64,000 nt of DNA from assembly GCA_964252035.1 (NCBI GenBank), contig OZ176214.1; one strand, written 5' to 3'. The position numbers were made by a program, and so were the translations under genes. Under the pieces are notes generated by a model, which did no database searches, was not told the DNA's origin, and saw only the letters and a program-made list of their open reading frames with translations. Below, one piece after another: positions 27,025 through 39,000 of this stretch (positions within the stretch are counted from its first letter, which is position 1; the number at the start of each line of letters is the position of its first letter). Source of the DNA: Podarcis erhardii (Eukaryota).

Positions 27025-30000
27025 GAATGGCCTTCAAGCTGGGCTGGGGTGCTTGGGCAAGTTGAGGAGGTTTTTAAAAAAATCTTCCCTCCCCCTCAAA
27101 TTATTATGGAACCACAGAGACAAGTAAACTAACAAAAATTAAATGTTTTATCCAACTAAAGGCAGGGTATACAAAACCTAAACATACTAAATTGTCTTCC
27201 ACCTCACATTTCTCTGGCAAAGCAATGAGAATCCTTTGCAAGGGCATTCAGCTTGACTTGAGGGATGTCTGTCAGTCTCCTTGGGAACCTAAATCAGGGC
27301 AGCGCCTCTTGCAGCTCAACTTAGCTTGTTTTTCCTACTGCAAAAGACATTTATCTAAGCTGCAGCTTCCCCCCGCCCCAAGGCTGAAGGTAAAGTCCTT
27401 TGATTAGCTGAGTTGATTCTTTTGGAATGCTTTGGGAACAAAATTTAGTGTCTGCTTTGCATGCAGAAGGTCCTAAGTTCAATCCCTGGTATCTCCAAGT
27501 AGAGCTGGGAATGCCCCCTGATTGAAACCCAGGAAAGCTACGGCCAGTCAGTAGACAGTACTGAGCTAGATAGACAAAGGGTCTCGTTTGATAGAAGGCA
27601 GCTTCTTATGTTCCTGATCTTTTTCCTTTCAGGCATGACATTTTCAGTTGGGTGTTCACCTCTCGTGTCTTATGGTGGTTGGTGGGGAGAAGGCTCTGCC
27701 TTGTTTCCATAACTACCTCCTCCTAAATCTGTGCCTCCAAAGGAGAGATTGCCCCACAGTAGAACATTCTTCCAGAGCAAGGGGGCTAGAGCTCTTATCA
27801 AGGAATTATTATGTCAGAGGGCCACAAGGAGGGCATAAGGCAGAGATGAGGAACCTATGGCTGGACTCCAGCTTCTGTCAGTCCTTGCCAGCATGGCTGA
27901 AGGCCAGGGACAGTGGGAGTTGTAGTCCAGTAATTTCTGGAGAAATGCTGATGCCCCCCCCCCAATATCATGAGCGGACATGATGGTGTTGGAGAGTGTC
28001 GTCGTTGCCTTAGAACTCTTAAGGGTGGCAATGGGGGAGGTTAACTGTCTCGACCCCGAGTGAATGTTGCAAGAATTCAGTGAGATAAGCAAGCTGTGAA
28101 TACTGATTGCACAAAAGGAACAAGTGCAGTTGGGTTTAGCAAGGTTGGGGTGCCATTCATTGACTTGTTGGCTGTTCCTGTGGTAGTGGATTCCTGGATG
28201 AGGAGGCATGTAAAAATGAACCCTGATCCAGCAAGGAACATTGCATCATCATCATTGGAAATACATTGAGGAATAGGAAAGATCATTGGTGTTAGTTTCC
28301 AGTTTAGGGAGGATTTTCAGAAAAAACAGGAATCTAAAAGAATTCAGAAGGGCAAACACTGAGGAAATGCTGGTGTAGGAACTTGGTGAATTCCTCAATT
28401 GCACCACTACTGCGCTCAGAGCCTAGTTCTTGGCATAGAACTGAGAAATACTGTACTGGGAATAGATTCAGGTAGGTAGCCATGTTTGTCTGACGCAGTC
28501 GAAATATATAAATTTTTTTATCCGAGACCAGGGAGAAGAGTCGGTGGAGGAAGATTGGAGGAAATTTAAAGACTATTTACAGAAACACTGTAAAATTAAT
28601 ATCTGTTAGAAGGATGTTGGAACAATATTATATGATTTTAGCAGGAAGGATATAAAGGATTTGAGAATAACTGACTGTTAATTGGTGAAAGGAGGAAAAG
28701 TAAAGCTACATTATATTAAGACAATTTACAGGACAAAAATTTTAAAAGAGGGAAAGGATTTGCTGAAATAGATAATAGACCTAGAATACAAAAAAGGGAG
28801 GTGTGAGTAGGTCAAGGAAATAAGCTAATGAAAGAATGGTAATGAGGAGATCTGATGCATTTTCTTTTTTGCGTTTTGTTTTTTTTAATGGGTTTTATTT
28901 CTCTGGTTTTTTGTTTTTTTTTGTCCCCCCCCCCTCTTTTTTATATTGTGGTGTGTTGTTTTGTTTTTGTTTAATGTGGTATGTTTATTTTTTCTTTCTG
29001 TAATTGTTGAAACTTTAATAAATATTATTTTAAAAAAAGAAATATATATAAAAAAATTTAAAAAATGTCCAGTAGCAGCTTAGAGAACAACTAGGTGTGT
29101 ATCTGAAGAAGTGTGCATGCACATGAAAGCTTATACCAAGAACAAACTTAGTTGGTCTCTAAGGTGCTACTGGACAATTTTTTTATTAATATATTTGTAT
29201 TGGGAATCTTGGCTTTTATTTATGAGAGTTTTCACCTAAGGTTGTGCCTTTATAAAATTATTATCCTTCTAGCCTTGAAGGATATGAAGAGAAGCTTGAA
29301 AACGTGATTAATGCCTGGTAGAAAGTTGATGCCAATTTTTAAGGGGGAAAGAACTGCTCTTTTGAGTGCTTTCGGTGTGCAAGTAGGAAAAATGTCATGA
29401 TTCTGAGTAACAGCGTCAAACTTTTAAGCCCTTGGGAAGCCATCAGAGGCTGCTGTTTTAGGGCATATGGGACACTGCCCCATCAACTTCAGTCTGCCCT
29501 TAGCCAACTCCCACCTGCGTCCCTTCTTGTCTATGCCCACCAGTCCAAGGGGTGGCCCTAGTTTTCCCATTGTAGAATTCAGCAGGAAGAAAGAGGATGG
29601 GGACAACACCACCAGACTTTCCTGGCTCTGCCTCCTCCTACTGTTGGGCTCCCAGCCTTCCACCCCACCAGTCCCAATGGAAACCAGTTATCACCAGTTC
29701 AGTTAATGTACAAATGTGGTAGCAGAGAGATCCTTTAGAATTCAGTTCTTTGGGCCTTTACCAAGGTGATGCCCACTCCCTGGTTCACTCTTCTGACTGG
29801 CCTTGCCCTGCGCACACCTCAGGTGCTTTTGCTTGTGTGGAATGTTTTCTTGAACTGTGATAGTGCCTCTTGCTTCCCTAGATGGAGAAAATAGAGAGAG
29901 GGGTGTGTGGAAATCTCTGACTTTTGCATGGATGGGATGTAGCCTCATGTGCAGAGTCAATTTTCAGATGTATTAATAAGGCAACCAAATATAGGTTGCA

Positions 30001-33000
30001 GCATAAATTATGCATAAAGATTGAACATAAAAATAAAAAGTTGACCTGTGCAGAAGGTAAGAGTCGCACTTTGGCCCCTGATCCCACCCACAACTAGTAT
30101 GTGGCCCCTGAAAGGTTGCCCACAGGGGAATGAGGTCCTTTGTCTGAAAAAGTTTCTCATCCCCTACTTTAGTTTAGAGGGGCCATGGGAAGAGAGCCTG
30201 TGAGATACAGGAAAATCCTATCTTGGCACTGCTGAAGTCCCAGATTACTTAAGGCATTTCCGTACTCCATGCAGTACTTGTCAGTTTAATCCCTTTCGAC
30301 CTGTGGAACTTGCACTTCGGCAAGGGCCATTGGTGTACCATCTGTCACTAGGGAGTCATTTCTTTTAGTGTGGCAGCACCCAAACTGTGGAACTCCCTGC
30401 CTGTTGACATTAGGCAGGCACTATCACTGCTCTTCTAGATGCCTGCTGAAAACTCTTCTGTTTTAACAAGCCTCTCCGGGCACATGGTTGGATTCCTGTT
30501 CTTAAATTGGTTTTAGATGTTTTGTTATGCTTTTAGATGTTTTTAACAGTTTCTCTATTTTTATTTAAGTTTTTTATATATATCACACACTTGTTTGCTG
30601 CTATGGCAAGGGGCGTGTGATGTATAAAGAAATAAATGTTTGAGGGTCCTGTCAACTCCCAATTCCTCTTTTACTTCCTCTTCTTTAGTTTGCTCTCCCT
30701 GCCTCCAAGTGGAACTGAGTAGGCACGTGGGTGGGGTGAGCTGGATCTGTGTCATCCCAGAATGTCACTCTCCCCAGAAGGAGAAGCCAAGCTCACAATC
30801 TCTGTTCCGCTCACTTCTTTTGGGAGCCCCTCTAACATGCATGTTGCCACTCATGGTTTTTCTCCAGCTGGAATCCTATAAGAACTGCTTAGGGATGATA
30901 CGGGATAGATTTTCGTATCTTTCACAAGGTCATGCAGCCATTCCAGAGGATTGCTGTTGTGCAAACGCAGAATTGCCTTTGGAAACCTTAGCTGTTTAAT
31001 TCACCCCCCACTGCCCACGCCTTACTTTGCTGATGCTTCAGGATGGAAAAGAGAGGGGAGGGGTAATGACACGAGAAAACAGCAGCCAACATTGAATGGG
31101 TGGGAGCTGGAGAACCGACTGGGGCGCCTGAACAGCGATGTCAGACCTACAGCGAACAGAGTACCTTTGGCAGGCAGTCCACGGGTTTGTTTCATCTGGA
31201 CCAGCTGTTTGGGGTGCTGTCAGGCATTTAAAATGGGCACTTCACCCCTTGGATATTTTTGCTTGCTGTTCAGTAAAGCATGGAGTTTGGGGCTAAGTCT
31301 GGAAATTTAATGTTTGAAGATACTTGGCCTTAGTGTTTGTTCGTTTGTTTTAATCTGCAAGTTTCTAGCTCTCAGGAGTGTAGGGAAGTGGGCTAGGATG
31401 TGTGGTAACTGGTAAGTTTCAGCTACCAGAACAACCCTGAGATGAGATACTTCTGAATGTCTGTAGGGAAAACTACTTCTGTTCAGCAACGTTTATTCCC
31501 TCTCCCCACATTCCTGGCTGTGAATCTCCCTGTGTCGGGAAAGGGTAAACTGCAAGGGCAGGGCTTGTATCCTTGCAATAATGGATACCTTTAAATTTTT
31601 CTTTTGTTTACTAGGTTCTATAAAAGCCTGGGTGCACTAATTTGGCAGCAGTCTTTTCAGTTTTAGGGACTTTGTAGTTTAGACAAAAAGCAAGTAAGAG
31701 ATAATATGATAGAAGTTTATCAAATTAGGCATGGCATGGAGAAAGTGGATAGGGAACAGTTTCTCTCCCTCTTGTGAACATCCGATGAAGCTGAATGTTG
31801 GAAGACCTTCAGGAAAGGCAAAAGAAAGTACTTTCTCACACCATGCACAGTTAAACTACAGAACTCTCCTGCAGGAGGCAGGAATGGCCACCAACTTGGG
31901 TGACTTTAAAAGAGGATTAGAAAAATTCAGAGAGGAGAAGGCTAGCTATGCTCACCACGTTGGTGGCAGCAGGGCTTCTGAACAACTGTTGCTGGAAACC
32001 TCAGGAGGGGAGAGTCCTCTTGTGCTTGGGTTCTGTTGGCTACTGTAAGAACAGAATGCTGGACTCGCTGGGCCTTTGGCCAGATCCTGCAGGCTTTTCT
32101 TTTGTTCTTAAGAGAGGTTATAGAAACTTGATAAGAGAAAGAAGGGATTGTCTCCAACTAAGTTCTGCTTAGAGAAGACCCACAATGTGTCTACTCCTTT
32201 AGGTAAAGGGGCCCCTGACCATTAGGTCCAGTCGTGACCGACTCTGGGGTTGCGGCGCTCATCTCGCTTTATTGGCCGAGGGAGCCGGCGTACAGGTTCC
32301 AGGTCATGTGGCCAGCATCCTAATCACTGACAGGATTCTAGTTTTTGAATCCATTACTCTCTGGTCTTTGGGGAAGGCTGCAACATAATCGCCAACTTGC
32401 AGTGAAACATGAGCATCTTTGTGCTTGCAGATACATGTCTTGTTCTGTTCCTACCCACTTGCCTCTCTCTGTGAATGAAGTGAATGGTTACTTTTCTCTC
32501 TGCCCAGGACCAGGCTGGCCTCTCTCTTTGGACAGGATCAGACAGCTACAGAATCTGGAAATGTGCTCTTCCAATACATGCCACCCAAGCAGCCTAAAAA
32601 AGGTCAACTAGCTACTGGTAAGTAAACTGTTCACAATGCCTAGGAACATAAGACGAGCCCTTGTGGACCAGGCCAGTGACCCATCTAGTCCAACCTTTGG
32701 CTCTGAAGCCCCACAGAATCAACTGGGTTGGTCTGTGGCAACTCCCGGGTAGTGCTGGGGAGAGACCCCTGACCTGGGGCTCCAGAAAGGTGACAGTCTT
32801 CTGGATTCACCACACTGAGGTAGATGGACCCAGTGGTTTGACACCATACAAGGCAATTTCCTGTTTTTCATTAATCTGAGCAACTGGCTTGGTCCCAAGA
32901 CAAGGGAGCTAACTTGGCCTGATGTTTGCAAGCAATGCTCTGTTTGCGACAGAGCACTTAACCTTCTCATGTGCTGCTCCAGCTGCAGGTCTGCCCACCC

Positions 33001-36000
33001 AGAAGCATCTTCCTGCAGCTGCTGCTGCTGCTGCACCCACTGCTGTGCCCGCTGCTGCTGCTCCTGCGCCCACTGCAGCAGTGCAGTCAGTCTTCTTTGC
33101 TACAGCTGTTCATGCATATTTGTTGTGAGTACTACAGTAGAGGGGATGAGCTGCAGTGTGTTCTTGCTACCCAAGTCCTGTGCTCACATCTTTTGCAATC
33201 ATCTCTCCATCTTGCCTGGCTTCTTCGGAAAGAGGTGGAACTGAACAACAGTGGGGGGTGGTCGATTAGGGCAAATGGGGCACTGCCAACTCAACCTCAG
33301 CCTGCCCCCACCTGCCTGTTGTTGTTTTTTTACTTCCAGCCAATCAGGTTGTGGATATCATTGACTCTGGCTCGATGTGCTGTTGATTTCCTTGCCTTAT
33401 GCCACACCAGTGAAAGCAGGTCCAGTAGGAAGGTGCCCCCTCATTCTGCCCTCAGCTGCCTCCCACCTGCCTGCCTTCTTACGTCCAACCGATCCAGAGG
33501 GCAGGACTTCCTGTCAGCTTCCTCTTCCCCCTCAGTCTCCATGCTGCCATGGTAGAACACAGCAGGGAGGAGGATGTGGACAGCCCTAGACTTAGCTGGC
33601 CCTACCTGTCATTGGCTCTGGTGCCACCTAGAGTTGGGCTCCCTGCATTCACCCCAATGAGGCACCAGCCAACACTGAACTGAAATGAGGACAAAGACCT
33701 CCTAGGATGGGGAGCTTGTGGGCTGATAAAATGTTGCTGGGCTGCTACTGCCCGCCCCCCACATCGCCCCTCACCGTTGGCCAGATGGTCTGGGCTTATC
33801 AAACAACCCCTGGGAAGTCTTTGTAAAGAGCTGCTAAATATAACTCATGGGGTTGGCATGGTGGCAACGATTGTGGGAAGCTAAGAGGTGTTCTCTTCTC
33901 ATTCCAGTACCAATGGGAAATATGTGAAACATGGCAAGTATGGAGCAGCTGTAGTGGGCAGCAATGCAACCAAGGAGGTAAGAGGAGGAGGTGTGGTGTC
34001 TTGAAGTAGCCTGGCTTTCTGCCAACCTGCTGTCCTCCAGATGTTTGGGACTACAGCTGCTGTCGGTCCTAAACATCTGGAGGATACCAGGTTGATGTAG
34101 GTTGGGCTAAGGAAATGCTTCCCTTTCTCTGAATCCTGGTTTTCTGATGATGTCTTACTCTGGAAAAAGCAAAGGTGCTGTTTTGGCTCCTGTCTCTTTC
34201 TGCCCAATCAGCTCACAAGGGTTATAGCTCCCATTGTTCTTATTCTGACCTCACTTCTCTACAAAAAGTATTTTCAGCAGGGAAGGGGGCTGTCACTCAG
34301 TAACACAGCATCCACTTTGCAGACAGAAGCTCCCAAATCCAATCGCTAGCTCCTCTGGGTAGGGCTGGGGACACTGCTGCCGGTCAGAGTAGGCAGTCCT
34401 GAGTTAGAGACACCAGTGGTTTGATTCAGTCCAAGGCAGCTCCCTGTGCTCTTATTTAACTAGAACCATGTGGACTAGCATCTTGACAAAAGAAGGGCCT
34501 AGGGGGTATTGTGTGCAGAGTAAATAGAGGGAGGTGGGACGGTAACTTTGTCGTGGCTTGACAAATCAATAAACGTTCACTCAAAAAAGGAAGGGGGTTT
34601 CAGCAGCTTATGTTGGAAAAGGGATTCAGTTTTTCCAGCCTCTGTCCTTTTCAGCTCAGTCAGTAGCTCTTCAGTGGTTTGTTCTGCCCCACTTTGCTGT
34701 GAAAGGATTCACAGGTGTTTTACAATAAACAGATAAAAACAGGAAACATATGCGTTTATTCCAGGAAGACTCTGGTATGATTGCCTTGTCCTACTGCGCC
34801 GTTGCAGGTGAGGGTGGTGGGGACAGGATAAAACACTGGGCTGTCATTCTCATTTAGCTAATTGGGCGGAAAAGGACAGATCTCACCCCTTGGTTTCTCC
34901 AGGTGTAGGGAGCCTTTGGTCCTCCAGATGTCGCTGAACGACAGCTCCCATCACCCCTCTCCACTGGCCATGCTGGCAAGAGCCAATGGGTGTTGAAGCT
35001 CAGCACCAAAGGCTCCCCATGCCTGCTCCACTGTAATGAAGGCACTCCACATGTAACTAAGCCTGGCACCTGCAACCAAAGCAATTCCTACGATGAACAC
35101 CTCTGATGTATTTATATGTTAATATGTCATTTGGCTGTTGGGGTGCTGTGGAAATGCTACATGGTATAAGAAGAGCTCCAGGTGCTTTTGAAAACAGCCA
35201 GCCCCGTAGTTTTTGATTCCTCACTTTTGCTACTGTTTTCTTCTGTCCTTCTATCTCTTGTGGAATCCAGTATAGAGTGCTTCTTTACATCAGCAAGCAG
35301 CAGCAGATTGCGACCGCCAGGATTGATGCATGGTTTGTATTCACGGTAAGCTTTGGTGTTAAAACCTGCAAGGACCATGCCATAGGCATCTTGCTGAAGC
35401 TAAGGAGGTGTGGAGCTGGTTGGCTCCTGGACAGCAGACCTTCTAGGAACCCTGTGGGGCTGCCTTGAGATCTCTCATGTAGTAATAGAAATCACTCGGC
35501 TTAAGCCAGGTATTGTGCATCCAGAAGGTCAGCAAAAATAATTGATGCAAAAGAATCCTGGAAACCTAATGGTCTGCCTTTTTGCTTATTTTTTGCATTT
35601 CTATGCCTCCTTTTTCTCAAGGTGGTATGTGTGGTTCTCTTTTTGCCTCATTTAATCCCCACAAACACCCTGTGGGGGGAGGTGAGGCTGAGAAGCAGTG
35701 ACTGGCCCAAGGTCACACCCAGCGATCTTCATGTTTCAACGGTCAGTCCCTCTTCGTACAGAACGGGGGGGGGGGGATTGTAGCCCTGTGGTGAGGGGAC
35801 TAGGGGCATCTCCCAACAACATTTCAGCACTCTTGGATTCTTTGGTAGTATGATATTGTCTGAAATGCACATTGCATATGAGGTCTCAGCTGTGGTCAAT
35901 TAATTTCAGTGGGTCTGCTTTGAGCTAATGCTTGTTGCAACCCATTAGATTCGAATAGTGTTAGAACCAAGGGGCCCCTCTATGGTTAAAACGCTTACCT

Positions 36001-39000
36001 AGAGGTAACAAGTAGATGACATTCTGCCCTCTGTCCTACTGCAGCTAACATCCCTTGGGGTAGCCCTCCACCCGAAATCCTATAGCATTTTTCCATTTCT
36101 AAACATGACACACTACAGACGTTGATGTTTGTGTGTGTGTGCTCAGAGTAGACTCACTGAAATTAATGCACCAAAGTTCATCATGTCCATCAATTTTCAT
36201 GGGTCTGCTCTGAGTAAGGCTAACATTGGGACACAACCCAAAGTCTTTAGCAAGACCCATCAGGAAGAAAGTTGTTTTGAGCAGAGGCTGTCTGCTGCTC
36301 AGAATTCCACTTTCTCCTTTCTCTTTCCGCAGGTGCAGCCCAACAACTACTGCACATTTTATGATGATCAGAGGCAGAATTGGTCCATCATGTTTGAATC
36401 AGAAATGGCGGCTGTGGACTTCAGCAAACAGGTGCCAGAGGCGTGCATTGCATTGTGGGGTGGGGGGGGTGGCTGACCTGCAGACACTGAACTAGTGTTC
36501 GCGGGAGCTCAGCTCTCTTGCATCAGTCGCCAGATGCTTTCTCTGCCAACCACTAAGAAGCATCCAGGGAGGGCAAGGAATGGTGGTGTAGCCAGTTGGG
36601 GCCTTTTCAGGCCCCTGGGGTCTTCAGCCAGTGCTGCGCTGGGCCAGATTGCATAGGTGCGGGTGACAATGCAGGCTAATAACACAAAGGGCTTGGTTCT
36701 TCTTCTTCACAGCTGTGCATTGCCAAGTATAACAGCATCCGTTCTCCTGACACAGTGCTGTGCCAGGATCTTGTTCTCGGAGACGGCCAAGCTGTGGCGA
36801 CTGGAGATGTCCTGGAGATCACTTTTACAGGCTGGCTGTTCCAGAACGGTAGTCTTGGGCAGGTGAGACCTGGCAGAGGGGGTGTCTGGGGATGATGGGG
36901 GTCGAAGTCTCTACCAGCACTGCATAGCCACAGCTTTCCCACTCCTGGTTTATAGATTGCATACAGCCCTTTTCTTCCACAACCCCATCCTTTTGCCTTT
37001 CAATAACATTGCAAGGAAATGAAACAGGAGAGGCACTTGGTGAGGCTCACCCAGCTTGCTTGACAGCTCAATGTGCATTTCAACTTGACCTTTGCTCACT
37101 GAGGCTTTAATGAGCTCTAGCCAGATTGTTTCTATAGAAAAAAGGCTTTTTCATGGCATTTGCATTGGTTGCTCTCCAGAGGTGGGGCCTTGCCCAGCCT
37201 TGCCGCCCTTTCTCAACTGGGGGTGCCAGGGAGGGAACCCAGGACCTTCTTCCTGGGAAGCACATGCTGTTAGGCCCTGAGCTACACCTGTCTCCAAGGT
37301 GTAGATCCTATTTCTCAAACTCATTTTACCCAATCTGCAACATGGGAGGCACTGCTAGGTAGGGGATTCAACATGGAAAGCTGCCTTGCACTGCATCAGG
37401 CCACTGGTCTAGGTTGGCATCGCCCACATTGACTGGCAGTAGCTCTCCAGGCTTCCAAGCAAAATCCTTTCCCTGACCTTACTTGGAGATGCCAGGGTTG
37501 AACCTGGAACCCTTTGCCTGCAAAACAGGTGCTGTGTCCCTGAGCTGTGCCCCGTCCTTCAATACTCATTGCTGTTGGCTCAGCAGTGGGAGTAGCGGAA
37601 CATGAACCTATTATCTTCTGCATTAAAAGTAATTTCACCCCATTGACCTTCCACTTTTGGAACAGGTTTTTGACTCGAATGTAAATAAAGAGAAGTTGCT
37701 CCGGCTGAAGCTAGGCTCTGGCAAAGTCATCAAGGTAAGATGGCGCTACCTTCCCACCGCAGTGCAAGGTTTTATGTTTTGATTTTTTTAAATAATATTT
37801 ATTAACATTTTAAAAACTGCAAAAGAAAGACAAAGAATTAAACAAAACAAAACAATACAAAAACAAAAACAAAAACACCACACAACACAACACCAATCCC
37901 CAAACATTAAATTAACAAAACCACACAAACACAATTTAAAAAACATCTAATAAGTTCAGTATCTTAACTTTCATTTACTTGTTTCATCAACCTCCTCGCA
38001 CCTCCCTTTTTGTATTCCACTTTAATTAACTGTTTCAGCAATTCCTTTCCATCTTCCTCTGTTTTCTGTCCTGTAATTTATCTCGACATGTTCTAACCTT
38101 ATTTTTCCCTTTAATATATAATTGTCTTAACATATTTTAACTTTATTTTCCCTTTAATACTCTTGTACTTAATTCCTTGTAACATTTCTACTAAAGCTAT
38201 ATAGCTCCTTTCCAACATTTTTCTAAAACTCATTAATTTTACAATATTTTTATAAATAGTCTTTAAACTTTTTCCAATCTTCTTCCACTGACTCTTCTCC
38301 CTGGTCCCGGATTCTGCCAGTCATATCCGCCAATTCCCTATAGTCCATCAACCTGGTGATCTTCTGTCCGATGCTCTTAACTCTTTTCCAAGTCCCTTCT
38401 GCGAGTCTTCTTCATATTTATACATGAACTTTACTTTGTCTTCCGTTTTCCTTCCTTTGAGGCTATAGAGTAGATCTCGGGGAAACTCCCACCTAAAGAT
38501 GATTTTATTCCTTCTCGACAGGGCAACCAAATCTCCGTAATTGGATCTAAGATCCGAAAGGTATTTCAGGACATCTTTCAGAATTTCCACTCTTGACTGT
38601 TGTTCTTCTAAGTTCCTCTGGTAGTTCCAACAGTCTCTTATTTTGTTCTTCTCTTTTTTCCCTCCTCTTCCAAGTCCGAGAGCCCTCACAATTTTAATCT
38701 CTTCTTGGCCCAAGTCCCAGTCCCAAAAGTCATCAAATTCCTGTGTAAAAAAATCTATCAAACTTTCCTTCTCCAGTTCAGGTAGGGCTCTGATCCTTGA
38801 AATCTGATTTTCTTTAAATTCAATCATAGCAGGCATCAACTTATGGTCATCAAATTGCATCTGTATGGCTGGGACTTTCTCTCTCTCCAATTGTGTTACT
38901 TTAGGTTCAACGGCAATAACTTTCTCCCTAGCCTTCTCCGCAGTTTGCTATGCCAAAGTAGATTCTTGTGTCAGTTTCTGACCCAAATTGTCAATTTTGG

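Noticed and set aside
27450-27615. tRNA genes suggested by gttcaatccc / gttcaaatcc B-box motifs
   Set aside because: These are SINE heads followed by SINE bodies; no cloverleaf.
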